Notes under the pieces: model-generated | What the model was told of the DNA's origin: nothing | Database searches by the model: none | Seen by the model: only the letters and a program-made list of their open reading frames with translations | Shown here: positions 45,163 to 55,221 of the stretch, piece after piece | Layout of the letters: each line of letters starts with the position of its first letter | Numbering within the stretch: position 1 is the first letter of the stretch | NCBI GenBank assembly: GCA_963733415.1 | Contig: CAVTDM010000020.1 | Location: 17,852 to 81,851, forward strand | DNA: 64,000 nucleotides | Direction: 5' to 3' | Source of the DNA: an uncultured Gammaproteobacteria bacterium | Lineage (GTDB): Bacteria > Pseudomonadota > Gammaproteobacteria > Chromatiales > Chromatiaceae | Made by a program: the position numbers and the translations under genes

Positions 45163-47982
45163 ATGATTATGCCACCCCGCTCTCCCGCTCTTGCGCTTCT
45201 AAGCTCGATGACGGCCTTGGCATGCGCCATAGGCTGTGAACCACAAAGCGAACCGAAGGCCACACAAGGCCCCTCACCGACGCTGGAGCGAGCACGTCAA
45301 GCCTACGGCCAGGGGGATTATCGTGCGGCAGTAATTGATGCGAAGACCGGCGTCCAGGAGGCTCCGGACAAACCGGAATCGCGGCTTTTTCTTGGAAAGA
45401 CCTATGTCTCGCTCCGCAAAGGCGCGGACGCGGAGAAGGAACTGACTCGTGCACTGGAATTGGGTGCGGCGCCTGCCGAGGTGACGCCACTGCTGGTTCG
45501 CGCCCTCCTCTTGCAAGAGAAGCTCGATGCGGTCATCGAACGTACGGCTGATATCCAGGGCTTCGATGTCGACACCCAGGCGACAATGCTGACTGATCGA
45601 GGGTTGGCGTTGCTCGGACAGCGACGCGTCGACGAGGGCGAAGCGTCTCTACTGCGAGCGCTGGGGCTGAATCAGGAGCTTGGCAGGGCGCAACGCGGCC
45701 TCGCGCAGGTCGCCTTGGCCCGAGACAAGCCCGACCTGGCGCAAGAGTGGATCGACAAGTCCCTGCAGACCGATCCCCGCGACCTGGATTCCTTGATTTT
45801 CGCGGGGGAGTTGGCCGCTTCACAGCAGAACACTGCGCAAGCATTGGTGCGCTTCGAAGCGGCGTTCGAGTCCGACGCCTCCAACTCGGCCGTACTCGCT
45901 CGGCTGATTACCCTGTGGCTGGGCTCCAAGGATTTCGATAAGGCGCAGCGCGGCGTGATGACGCTGCGTCAGATCGCACCTGAGCATCCCGTGGGGTTTT
46001 TCGGCGAGGGCGTCCTTAAGATGCGGGAGGGCAAGAATGTGGAGGCGCAAGCTGCCCTGGAGCAAGCGGCTAGCCGTAATCCGCAGGACCTCCGGACCAT
46101 CTACTTTCTGGGGCTGGTCCACTACCATCAGCGTCACTACGGGCAGGCCGAGGAACTCCTGGCCCAATTCACGGGCCGCGTCCCCAACGACTCCGACGCC
46201 AAGGTTTTGCTTGCCCGCATCTACCTGGCCCAGGGGCAGGGGGAGCGGGCCAGGTCGATCTTGGTGGATGTGCTCCGTGGGCGGCCGGATGACGCGGAGG
46301 CTCTGATGCTGATGGGAACAGCGACCCTTGGGAAAGGTGACGTCGGCGCTGGGCAGAAGTCGATTCAAGCGGCGATCGCGGCCGAGCCAGACTCCGCCTT
46401 GGTTCGCCTGCAGGCCGGTCTCGCCTTGTTGGGCGCGAACAAACCCGCCGAGGGAATCGCGTCCCTGGAGGCCGCCCTGACGCTGGACCCTGAGCTTTCC
46501 CAAGCGGAAGCCGCACTCGTGCTTGCTCGGCTAAGCGCGGGGGACTCGGCGGGCGCCCTGGAAGCCGCAGAGGAATTCGCGAACAAGCAGCCAGACAATC
46601 CGCAGGCACACAATCTGCTGGCGGTGGCATTGCGGGCGGCCGGGAAGACCGAAGCAGCCATCGCTGAGATGGAGCAGACCCTAAAACGCTTTCCGGACGA
46701 CGCCTGGGCCGCGCGGGCGCTGGCCGGCGAGGCGGTCGTCCGAGGGGATCTGGACGCCGGGCGCGCGCGCTATGGGCAGGTGCTTCAGCATCATCCGAAG
46801 GATTTGAAGTCCCTGGTCGAGTTGGCCAAACTGGACGCGAAGGCGGGCGACCACCAAAGCGCCATTGCCATGTTGGAACGTGCGGTCGCGGCGCATCCGC
46901 AAGCACTGGGGCCACGCCTGGTCTTGGCACGCTATTATGACGCTCTGCTCAATCCGCAGGATGCATTGCGCGTCCTGACGGGCGCCCCAGGCCAGGTCGC
47001 GGAAGAACCTGCATTCTTACTAGAGTTCGGCCGGGTGTACCTCTCGGCACGGGATGCACCGAATGCAGCCCGGGTGTTGGATAGATACACCAGGGCCAAG
47101 CCGGACGACGCGGACGGGCTCCACCTGCTAGCGGTTGCACTCAACGGTGCGGGTGACCGCGATCGGGCGCGCGAAGCGGTAAGCGCTGCCTTGGCTGTAA
47201 ATCCGGGGCATCCCGGGGCACGCGCTGGTCTGGCAACACTCTTCTCGTCTGAAGAAGGTCGTGAGACCGTCGCCAAGCTACGCAAGGCCCACCCGGGCGA
47301 CACGCGGTTCGCGTTGCTCCAGGGCTGGCTTTTGCTCCAACAGTACGATCTTCAAGGGGCGATCTCCGCCCTGAGCGAGGCCTACCAACGCGACCCGGGC
47401 AGCGAAAGCGCACGCGCACTCGCCGAGGCGCAGTGGAAGGCGGACCGACAAACCGATGCGATCGCGACGCTCAAGGGTCAACTGGGACGCCAACCGGAAG
47501 ACTCGACCCTGCGCGCTGCCCTAGCGGGCGCGTATGGCGCCCAAGGGAAGCTGGAACAAGCGCGCGCCCTGTGGCAGGACGTCATCAAGCGTCGCCCCGA
47601 TGATGTGACCGCCCTGACCAATCTGGCCTGGCTGATGCGCGAAAAAAACCCGTCAGAGGCACTACAACTGGCGAACCGTGTCCTGCCATTGGCGCCCGAT
47701 TCGCCGCCAGTGCTCGACACGGTTGGGGTGATCCACCGCCTGACCGGCGACGCGAAGGAGAGCGTGCGCTTGCTGGGATTGGCGGCCGAACGGGCGCCGC
47801 GGGACGCGGGGGTACGCTTTCATCTGGCGGAGAGCCTTGCGGCGATGGGTAACAGCGAGGCGGCACGGGACGCTCTCAGGAAGGCCGTGACCCTGGACCC
47901 AAGCTTCGCCCGAATTGCGGCCACCGACCCGGTTCTCAAGGCACTCTTGCCAGCTGCCAGCGCCTCAACGCCAACGCCGTGA
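45163..47982 (+). CDS. prsT: PEP-CTERM system TPR-repeat lipoprotein PrsT
   Basis: lipoprotein-like signal (CAIGC), AAVIDAK..VQ..P...ESR..LG.......G..AEKEL..A N-terminus, continuous TPR helices, NLAW and LDTVG; next to a PEP-CTERM gene. Confidence 0.88.
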   Translation: MIMPPRSPALALLSSMTALACAIGCEPQSEPKATQGPSPTLERARQAYGQGDYRAAVIDAKTGVQEAPDKPESRLFLGKTYVSLRKGADAEKELTRALELGAAPAEVTPLLVRALLLQEKLDAVIERTADIQGFDVDTQATMLTDRGLALLGQRRVDEGEASLLRALGLNQELGRAQRGLAQVALARDKPDLAQEWIDKSLQTDPRDLDSLIFAGELAASQQNTAQALVRFEAAFESDASNSAVLARLITLWLGSKDFDKAQRGVMTLRQIAPEHPVGFFGEGVLKMREGKNVEAQAALEQAASRNPQDLRTIYFLGLVHYHQRHYGQAEELLAQFTGRVPNDSDAKVLLARIYLAQGQGERARSILVDVLRGRPDDAEALMLMGTATLGKGDVGAGQKSIQAAIAAEPDSALVRLQAGLALLGANKPAEGIASLEAALTLDPELSQAEAALVLARLSAGDSAGALEAAEEFANKQPDNPQAHNLLAVALRAAGKTEAAIAEMEQTLKRFPDDAWAARALAGEAVVRGDLDAGRARYGQVLQHHPKDLKSLVELAKLDAKAGDHQSAIAMLERAVAAHPQALGPRLVLARYYDALLNPQDALRVLTGAPGQVAEEPAFLLEFGRVYLSARDAPNAARVLDRYTRAKPDDADGLHLLAVALNGAGDRDRAREAVSAALAVNPGHPGARAGLATLFSSEEGRETVAKLRKAHPGDTRFALLQGWLLLQQYDLQGAISALSEAYQRDPGSESARALAEAQWKADRQTDAIATLKGQLGRQPEDSTLRAALAGAYGAQGKLEQARALWQDVIKRRPDDVTALTNLAWLMREKNPSEALQLANRVLPLAPDSPPVLDTVGVIHRLTGDAKESVRLLGLAAERAPRDAGVRFHLAESLAAMGNSEAARDALRKAVTLDPSFARIAATDPVLKALLPAASASTPTP

Positions 47983-48074
47983 GTGGCTGATGCGTTGCTC
48001 ATGCCGCCCTCGCGGGCGCACGAGAAAAGAGACACCGCTTCTCCGCCCGGCGTCGACACCCAACGCTGGGGACC

Positions 48075-48101
48075 AAAAAAAGCCCACCGAGAGGTGGGCT
48101 T
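48075..48101 (-). terminator. intrinsic terminator of the PEP-CTERM gene
   Basis: minus strand AAGCCCACCTCTCGGTGGGCTTTTTTT. Confidence 0.85.
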
Positions 48102-48131
48102 GCGATTCGGAAGGCTGAAAACGGCGGGGTC

Positions 48132-49037
48132 TTAGCTCACGCGACGCCGGCGCGTACCAGCGGCCATCCCGAGTAGACCGGTGCCAATGAGCAAAAGCGT
48201 CGCAGGGACCGGGACCTTGTTGAAATAGGTATCGACGTTACCGTTGAAGTTCGCGACGAACTCGGACGGGTCGGTGGGCGGCGGACTAACCGAAGTCGTA
48301 TTGCCGGAGACTCTGGCGTTGGTCATGAAGGGGTCGGGGGTGTTGAGGACTGTTTGGCCCGAGACAGTCGCGCTCCCTGAATTAGTGAAGTCAGTGAGCG
48401 TAACGTTCTTGAGCAGAATAGAGTAGTCGCCCTCGGCCAAGGAGCTGCGCAGAAACGCCTCGCCCACGTCTAGCTCCGCGAAGAGCAGGCGAACGTCGTC
48501 GGCGGTACCTGTTGGGCTCATGGAGTCCGTCTCCGGATCGTAGCCCGGGACTGGATTGGTCGGGAAAACCCAATTGGTGTTGTTAAGCGGGTCGAGATAC
48601 AGCGCATAGGGGAAGTTGGTAAAGGTCGCTAGAATCTCGCCGCTGAGGTTAATCGTCGCGGTGCCCGTAGCCTGCTCAATCATCGCATAGAGCCCGTAGC
48701 CGCCGACCGCCGCTGGGCTTCCCAACAGGCTGGTAACGTTTTGGTCCCCGTCGTCCACGAAGGCCGCATAGTCGATGTAAATGTCTTCCCAGAAAAAGTC
48801 ACCGTCGAGCACTCCGTTGCCATTGTCATCCACCTGCTTGACAACGCCACCGTAGGCGCCCGTGAGTCGGTCGATGCCAAGAATCTGCGTCTTCGCACCG
48901 ACCGGGTCGGGGGCGAAGGCGGTCTCGTCGAAACCGAAGTTGATGCCGAGATCAAGAGCCAGAGTGGAACCGGATGTGGCGAGTAAGGCGGGAACGGCGA
49001 CACAGGTCGCGATGATCGTTTTCATACGCATGATCAA
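48132..49037 (-). CDS. PEP-CTERM sorting-signal protein (flocculation-associated PepA-like)
   Basis: signal peptide; acidic Thr/Asp/Gly/Asn-rich body; C-terminal VPVPATLLLIGTGLLGMAAGTRRRR; DRLTGAY and GYGLYA resemble the PepA family (from recall, not searched). Confidence 0.88.
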   Translation of the reverse strand: MIMRMKTIIATCVAVPALLATSGSTLALDLGINFGFDETAFAPDPVGAKTQILGIDRLTGAYGGVVKQVDDNGNGVLDGDFFWEDIYIDYAAFVDDGDQNVTSLLGSPAAVGGYGLYAMIEQATGTATINLSGEILATFTNFPYALYLDPLNNTNWVFPTNPVPGYDPETDSMSPTGTADDVRLLFAELDVGEAFLRSSLAEGDYSILLKNVTLTDFTNSGSATVSGQTVLNTPDPFMTNARVSGNTTSVSPPPTDPSEFVANFNGNVDTYFNKVPVPATLLLIGTGLLGMAAGTRRRRVS

Positions 49038-49125
49038 ATACTCCTTAAGAGAGCGAAAATGATAGACAGGGTGTCTCGTACATCGAGTCTAGCAGGGCGC
49101 TGCCGCCTCGTTGTCAACATAAGAG

Positions 49126-49140
49126 GCATGCCTCATGCCA
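49126..49140 (-). promoter_or_regulatory. sigma-54 (-24/-12) promoter of the PEP-CTERM gene
   Basis: minus strand TGGCATGAGGCATGC = GG-N10-GC, about 90 bp upstream of the start. Confidence 0.75.
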
Positions 49141-49204
49141 AAAGATCTTTATGTTTTTTAAACAAGGTATTGTGATTTTCTCTTGGCTGTTGAACGGGGG
49201 TGTG

Positions 49205-49221
49205 TGTAAAAAATACTGACA
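49205..49221 (-). promoter_or_regulatory. putative enhancer-binding-protein (PrsR-type) site TGT-N11-ACA
   Basis: minus strand TGTCAGTATTTTTTACA, 64 bp upstream of the -24 element, with an AT-rich spacer. Confidence 0.7.
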
Positions 49222-49283
49222 CTGACCGGGTGCTCGATCTCCCGGCCTCTGCCGATCCACGCTCTCGCCGCCGGACGGTGCCT

Positions 49284-50357
49284 TCATGGGATTGTCAGCC
49301 GGTCGAGCGGGAGCCGGACCGACCGCGCGGTGGGTGTAGGGCCGTAGCCAACGCGCCCGGCAAAAACCGCCTGATCTAGGTTGCGCTCGCCAATGAGCAG
49401 GATCAGGGAACGCCGCAGGTCCGCCGCCTGCCGGCGCGCCGGCTCGGAGGCGGTGAAGGGGATGTCCCGGCGGACGTATCCGGAGAAGATGATCGGGGTC
49501 ATCTCCGGCTGGAACTGGACCCCCTGGGCAGTCGCGGTCAACCAGAAGCGTTGCACGGCGCGTCCGGCGTCGAGGTAGCCGGCCAAGTCCTCCGGGGCGC
49601 GATCCGCGACGATGAAGAAGTGCGCCGCGCAGCGCAGGCCCGGCAGCCAGTCCATCATAAGCCTGGGTAAGAGGGTCCCGCCAAGATACTGGTTCAGGAA
49701 CCGGACCCGCTCCCAGCTTCCCATGGCCCAGCGCATGGTCTTGAGCCCCAGCGTGTCCAGTCCCAAGGCGCGGTCCGGGATGCGGTCTTCGCTGAATTGC
49801 GCGTCCCACGCGATGATACGCCGGTGCACCTCGAAGGCCTCCCGGATGCTGAGGCGGATCCCGGCGTTACGAAACAGGAGTGCTGCCATCTGTCGGCGGG
49901 CCTTCGAGCCGGCGAGCCAGACAACGCGGAAGCCCGTGCCAACCGATGCCTCGAGTGCCCGTCGATGTCCTTCCTGCAGCGCTGTGCGGGCGAGCGGCCG
50001 TCGCTGTGTCACCCGGCGTTCGAGCATGTCCCTTAGGGGGCTCGGTGCGAGAGATGCGCCCTCTACGAATGTCACGTCGATCAACGGGGCGGTCTCGGGA
50101 CAGTCAGGCAACAGGTCGATACGCGTATCAAGCCCCTCGGCGGAGGCGGCGATCACCAGGCTCTCCAGCAGTGTGCCGACCGCCAACTGGCTGGCGCGCC
50201 CTTCCAGATCGTAGACGCACCAATCTCGGGTATCACTCGCTCGCACTCGCAACCGGTGGGCGCCGAGGATCTGAAAGCGCCAGGGCTGGGTGTTATCGCC
50301 GCTCGGGGCCCACCGCGCCGCGTTGAGGATCTTATTGATCGTGTCATCGGATGTCAT
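49284..50357 (-). CDS. nitroreductase-family protein
   Basis: ILNAARWAPSGDNTQPWRF, RRVTQRRP, AGRAVQRFWLTAT..G...QP, GRVGYG. Confidence 0.88.
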   Translation of the reverse strand: MTSDDTINKILNAARWAPSGDNTQPWRFQILGAHRLRVRASDTRDWCVYDLEGRASQLAVGTLLESLVIAASAEGLDTRIDLLPDCPETAPLIDVTFVEGASLAPSPLRDMLERRVTQRRPLARTALQEGHRRALEASVGTGFRVVWLAGSKARRQMAALLFRNAGIRLSIREAFEVHRRIIAWDAQFSEDRIPDRALGLDTLGLKTMRWAMGSWERVRFLNQYLGGTLLPRLMMDWLPGLRCAAHFFIVADRAPEDLAGYLDAGRAVQRFWLTATAQGVQFQPEMTPIIFSGYVRRDIPFTASEPARRQAADLRRSLILLIGERNLDQAVFAGRVGYGPTPTARSVRLPLDRLTIP

Positions 50358-50416
50358 GTTGCACTCTTGCACCCTTGGTACCGTTGGACTATCGCCTGCG
50401 GCGTTGTTTGGCGGGG

Positions 50417-51247
50417 CTAACGGCCGAGGGCCTCCTGCATTGCCGGATGACTCATGCCACCAGGGCGGGAAACCGTCCGCAAGGTGCCCGAGAAGGCGTC
50501 CAAGTGAAGCGACGTGGGCGCGACATCGACCGTTCCCCGGCCGAGCAAGACCTTCACGGCAGTGGTGGCCGCGAACGCGGCACAGAGCTCGCACCCCACG
50601 GGTGTAGAAGGGCCGACCCGTCGGACCAGATCGAGTCGGCTCGGGTCGACCAATGCGTTGAGCTGGAGTGCCTCCGGCGACAGGCCCAACATGAAGCGCC
50701 GGAGTTGATCGGACTCGGGGAGTCCGTCCACCTGAAAATACTCCGCAAAGGTCATCTCTCCTGGCATGAATACCAGCAAGGAGACCCCCCAGCCGAGCGG
50801 CGCTGCCGTGATCGCGGGGATGGATCTGGCCGCACAGGCCGCAAACACCAGTTGACGTGCCGGCATGGCGAAGAAATCCAGTCCATCGATATAGACATCC
50901 ACCTGGTCAAAAAATGCGTCGACGTTGTCCGCGGTGACACCCTGCGGAAATTGCTTCAGCGCCAACGTGGGATTAATGTCCAACGCCATCTCCGCCAGGC
51001 AGTCGATCTTCGGTCGCCCGAGATGGCTCATCGTGGCCCCAACTTGACGGTTGAAATTAGCCAATTCGAAGACGTCAAAATCGGCGATATTAAAGCGACC
51101 AACACCCAATCGGGTCAGCGTCAACAAGTGACTGCCTCCGACCCCCCCGAGGCCAGCGATCGCGATTCGCTTGGTCCGCAACCGGTCCAATTCTTCGGGC
51201 GTTAACCAACCGACATTTCTGGCAAACGCCGCTGAATGGTCGAACAT
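50417..51247 (-). CDS. ThiF-family adenylyltransferase no. 1
   Basis: AFARNVG, IAIAGLGGVGG, ADFDVFELANFNRQ, DGLDFF, GPST. Confidence 0.92.
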   Translation of the reverse strand: MFDHSAAFARNVGWLTPEELDRLRTKRIAIAGLGGVGGSHLLTLTRLGVGRFNIADFDVFELANFNRQVGATMSHLGRPKIDCLAEMALDINPTLALKQFPQGVTADNVDAFFDQVDVYIDGLDFFAMPARQLVFAACAARSIPAITAAPLGWGVSLLVFMPGEMTFAEYFQVDGLPESDQLRRFMLGLSPEALQLNALVDPSRLDLVRRVGPSTPVGCELCAAFAATTAVKVLLGRGTVDVAPTSLHLDAFSGTLRTVSRPGGMSHPAMQEALGR

Positions 51248-51748
51248 ACAAGTGGACCTCTCAAATCAGGTGATTTGCACGAACAGTCTTTCCCCAAGGA
51301 GTCGGGGCCGCCCCGCCCCGCCCCGAGACTATCCGCACCGGGGGCGGGGGTGTCCCCGCTCTCTGGGTATAAGTGATTCCGGAAATCGCTTAGATGACCG
51401 AGGTCGACCGCCGAGGCAGAGTAAGCCGCACGTCTGAATCCCGGCCGAGCGACGCGGCTAGATACAATGCGTGTCGGGGGACCCTTGAAACCCTCATTCG
51501 TGCCAGGCAGGGTAGCCCATTCAGTGCCACGCGATGGGCAAACGTTGCCCCGGACCTGGGCAGGCGCGGCTGAGCGCGCGCTCGAAAGTCCCGGGACTGA
51601 CGTATACCCCATTACGCGCCAGTTTTTCGTTTATCCGCTCGCTAAGTAATTGTTTAATAATTCTTTTCTGGCCACGGGCCATTGAGCACTGGTCACTTTC
51701 CGGTATTGGCTCCAAGCCCAACCAGGGATGCCAGGTCGTGTGCAAGGA

Positions 51749-52544
51749 TCATGGGCTTAGCGGTCCCCCGCACAGTGTGTCAGGCCCCTTCCCGAGAATG
51801 TCCGAACGGCACGCCTGAAGCTCCCCGTCGATCCAGGTATAGAGATCCCGGAACTCCGACGCCATGCCGCGCACGTGGTCGCGCGTGTCTGCGATATACA
51901 CGGCACGAGTCCCGTGGTGGTCCACATCCCTCCCCAGGCGCTCAAAAATGATTCCGGTGCGCTTTAGTAGGCGGGGAAGAAACGGCTCCATGACGGCAAA
52001 CATAAATGGTCTCTCGAGTAGTTCTGTCACCGCCGTACACGCGAGCAGGAGCGCCATTGAGATGAGTGGGAAGGTGCGCAGCTCCGTGTCGGAAAGGTCC
52101 AGGGAGGTGATTTCACCAAACCGTGTCGCCGACTCGCCGGACCGACGGCGAAACGCGCCGTCCACGGCAAATCGGGAGGCCTCGCAGAATCTGCTGTCGA
52201 GGTGCGGTGATCTTGGCCATCGCTGCCGGGTCCAAGCTGTCCGTACAGCACGTTTCAAAGGGAAGCGGTCGTGGCGACTCGTTGACGGAGGCGGGGCAGA
52301 TGCGCATACAGCCGGCGGCCATGCCCGTGGCGAGATGGGTGATCAGGCAGTGAGTCGAGATGGCATCAAATTCGTCGCTCTCCATCCGCTGCGGAAAGCG
52401 TTCAGCGGGTTCGTAGCCGAATTCCTCGCAGTAAACGCGATAGCGTATCTTGAAAGTCTCGTGGCGATCAGCGCTGAGGATTGCTGGGCGAATCGAGAAA
52501 TACCGCGGGAAGTTTTCCAGCGGGTGCTTCTGTTCCGGGGTCAT
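51749..52544 (-). CDS. PEP-CTERM/exosortase-associated acyltransferase no. 2 (apparent frameshift near 52195)
   Basis: FKIRYRVYCEEFGYE, ESDEFD, LPFE; second frame CEASRFAV, FRRRSGE, VMEPFLPRLL..TGI.F..LG..VDHHG.RA.Y. Confidence 0.87.
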
Positions 52545-53095
52545 TGCGCCGCACCTCCGTCGACATCTCTGATGTCGGTTGTCGTCGATATCCGGGGTAG
52601 CCCCTGAGTCTGAGTAAGTGGCCGCCGATCGTTGGCAGCTCCACCTGCGGGCTGTATCTGAAGGAGACTGCGGTGAAAGTCGGCTCGTCGTCCCGTGGTC
52701 GGGACCTGTGGTCTAATCGTGCCTCGCAAGGTTCGGCAAGGTCTGCATCGCGGCCTCATGCCCCTCTAACCCGTCGCAGCCTCAGGCGCGGGGCCGCTGA
52801 GTAAGGTTGCGATGATCGCTCGCCACGCCAGATCATTACCGCGGACCGAAGGCTGCCGTTTTGGACCCCAGCGACCTCGAGTCGAGCATACCCCGGGGGC
52901 TAACTTCGAATCAATCTACCAGGGCCGGAAAGTCGGCCCCTCCTGAGGGTTTCCCGGACGAGTGCACTTCGGTACCGAGGAGGTCGGACCAGGGTGTGCT
53001 CGGGCCGATCTCGATGTCTGGCAGTCCCCACGCCCAGTCAGCCGAAGACGGGCGCCAAACCGCCTGGACCATGTCCATGTGGTTCGTGTCGAAAT

Positions 53096-53902
53096 TCAGC
53101 GCTCGCCCGCGAGGCAGCCATTCCTGGCGTGGATGCGGGTACCTCGATGCTGATCTTGCTCGCGACCTCCCGTTACGAGTTGGTCAATGCACGATCCCAT
53201 CGGCAACTCTCGCAAACCCTTTGCTGATTGCGCCTGGTGGCTCATTCCGACCGCTGCTTCATAGGCGGAGACACTTAGCGTGAAGGGAATGACCTGTCCC
53301 CAGTACTCGAACGGGGAGCCGGCTTGCTCAAAGTGACAATCGATTCGTTTGAGGAGCCTTTGCAGGGGGCGCTCCATTGCGACGATCCACTGGTGGATGC
53401 CCTCATATTTGGATTCAATGTACATGAGGCGCGCAAGACCGGCGAGGACCCCCAAGCAAGGGGCGCTGCCCGGGGGCGTCGACTTGTCGGTCGATTGCCG
53501 TGGTCCGAGCCCCGTCCCCGGCTGGGAGTGCCGAGTCAGCGACTGACGGAACACCAGGCGCGAGACCTCGGCGAGGGCCATCGGGTCAACGAGGAAAGGA
53601 ACGTACAGGTCAATTGGCGCGCCATATTGGAACATGGGCAGCTTGAGGGTTGGGGAGCGGACCAGGCGTGCGGTGCCCACTAAGGCTCCGTCGGCGTCGA
53701 ATGCGCCGAAATGGATCGCGTTCTTGTCGTATCTATCATATTCCAGTCCATTGGGATAATCGGTCTCCGGGAGAAGCTTTGCCTTGCGACAATAGACCTG
53801 AAAGCGCAGTCGATAGCAATCGATCAACTCAGATCGCGTGAGTCGGGCGAAGCTCAACAGGGGACGCGTTTCGCCCGTCCGGTCGCTGTCACCATCGCTC
53901 AT
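53096..53902 (-). CDS. N-acyl amino acid synthase-type acyltransferase no. 3
   Basis: YRLRFQVYC, EYDRYD, GTARLV, AEVSRL, AMERPLQRLL, G.PFEYWG.V.PF; true C-terminus uncertain. Confidence 0.85.
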   Translation of the reverse strand: MSDGDSDRTGETRPLLSFARLTRSELIDCYRLRFQVYCRKAKLLPETDYPNGLEYDRYDKNAIHFGAFDADGALVGTARLVRSPTLKLPMFQYGAPIDLYVPFLVDPMALAEVSRLVFRQSLTRHSQPGTGLGPRQSTDKSTPPGSAPCLGVLAGLARLMYIESKYEGIHQWIVAMERPLQRLLKRIDCHFEQAGSPFEYWGQVIPFTLSVSAYEAAVGMSHQAQSAKGLRELPMGSCIDQLVTGGREQDQHRGTRIHARNGCLAGER

Positions 53903-54427
53903 TGAAATCCTCGCATGCTTCAGGCCGAGTCACCCCAATGACTTCGCTGGGGTTGGGTGGAGCCGCCGCGGATGATAAACGCCACGGTTCCCACAGCCCG
54001 GTGCGCAGGGGCACCGGTCGACCTGGCAGGTGGAGGCGAATGTCGACAGCTGACCAGGGGGTTGGGCCGCAGGTCGCTGCAGGCGTCTGCCTTTTTCTCG
54101 GGTGTTGCCCTTTGGTAACTGGGCTTTGATCATTGACTCAGCTCAATGAAAGCACGATCCTTGCGGGAAGTCGAGCGACCCCCCCCGGCGCGTGCCTTGA
54201 ATGCCGGGGGGCGGGGAACTGCGCCCATGCTGTTGTCGGAGGCCATTGGTCAAGTTCGCCGGGTCGTTGCGTTGTCAGGAGGCGGGGGCGGGCGCGTTTG
54301 CAAGAGTCAAGTCTGTTGTCCGGCGTCGCGGAACCACGCTGGATTGGAAGTGCTCATGGCCACCCGCACCCGTGCTGGCCCGGGCATGAGTCAACGTCGT
54401 CGGATCATCAGTTCGGGGGGGCAGTCC

Positions 54428-55219
54428 TTGGATATCTTTGAGCGCAACATCGGTATTGTCACCCCGGATCAGCAAGCGACTCTGCAGCGCTCGCGGGTGA
54501 CGGTCCTGGGCTTAGGGGGGCTGGGCGGGGTCGTTACCGAGGTCTTGGTGCGGTCTGGTGTTGCCAATCTGAACCTTGTGGATTTCGACACCTTCGATCC
54601 CTCGAACCTCAATCGTCAGATTTACGCCTTTCAGGATACCATCGGCCGGCCCAAGACCGAGGTGACGCTGGAGTTCCTGCGCCGGATCAACCCCCAGGTC
54701 CAGGCGGTACTGGCCGCGACCCTGGATGAGGACAACTGTGCAGCCCTGCTCTCCGGATGCGACGCCCTGGTGCTGGCCGCCGACGATGCCGTTCCCTGCA
54801 TCATCGGCAGCCGCTTTGCGCGCGCCGCCGGGATCCCGGTCATTGAGGGCTGGGCCATCCCGTTCTGCAATGCCCGGGTCTTTACGACGGAGACCCCGAC
54901 CCTCGAGGCGTGCTATGGCTTCCCGCCGCTGCCTGACCCCTTAGGTGAAGTTTCTGCCCAAACCCGCGCCGAGTTGAAGCAATGCATGCTCGCCTCGCTG
55001 ACCAAGATCGATGGCGTGATCGCCCATTACTCACCCGCGGCGGTCGAGCGTATTCGGGCCGGTCTGATCCCGTCGTTTGCACCCACGGTGTGGTTCACGG
55101 CCGTGCGCATGGCACTCGAGACCATCAAATTACTGTTGGGAACGGGTACTCCAAGTCTCGCGCCCGCCTTCTCCCCCTACGATGCCTTCACGCATAGGAT
55201 GCCCAGGCAGGAACTCTAA
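54428..55219 (+). CDS. ThiF/HesA/MoeB-family protein no. 2
   Basis: FERNIG, VLGLGGLGG, DFDTFDPSNLNRQ, GRPK; start uncertain (TTG 54428 or ATG 54386). Confidence 0.88.
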   Translation: MDIFERNIGIVTPDQQATLQRSRVTVLGLGGLGGVVTEVLVRSGVANLNLVDFDTFDPSNLNRQIYAFQDTIGRPKTEVTLEFLRRINPQVQAVLAATLDEDNCAALLSGCDALVLAADDAVPCIIGSRFARAAGIPVIEGWAIPFCNARVFTTETPTLEACYGFPPLPDPLGEVSAQTRAELKQCMLASLTKIDGVIAHYSPAAVERIRAGLIPSFAPTVWFTAVRMALETIKLLLGTGTPSLAPAFSPYDAFTHRMPRQEL

Positions 55220-55221
55220 CG

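Noticed and set aside
49284-51247. ThiF plus nitroreductase as a thiazole/oxazole RiPP (TOMM) pathway
   Set aside because: No YcaO cyclodehydratase, convincing precursor peptide, or RiPP transporter/peptidase nearby.
51490-51529. Two TGGCAC boxes on the minus strand upstream of ThiF no. 1 as sigma-54 promoters
   Set aside because: One has GG-N10-GC but a poor -12 context (GGGC), the other lacks the GC, and no matching TGT-N11-ACA site was seen; too weak to call.
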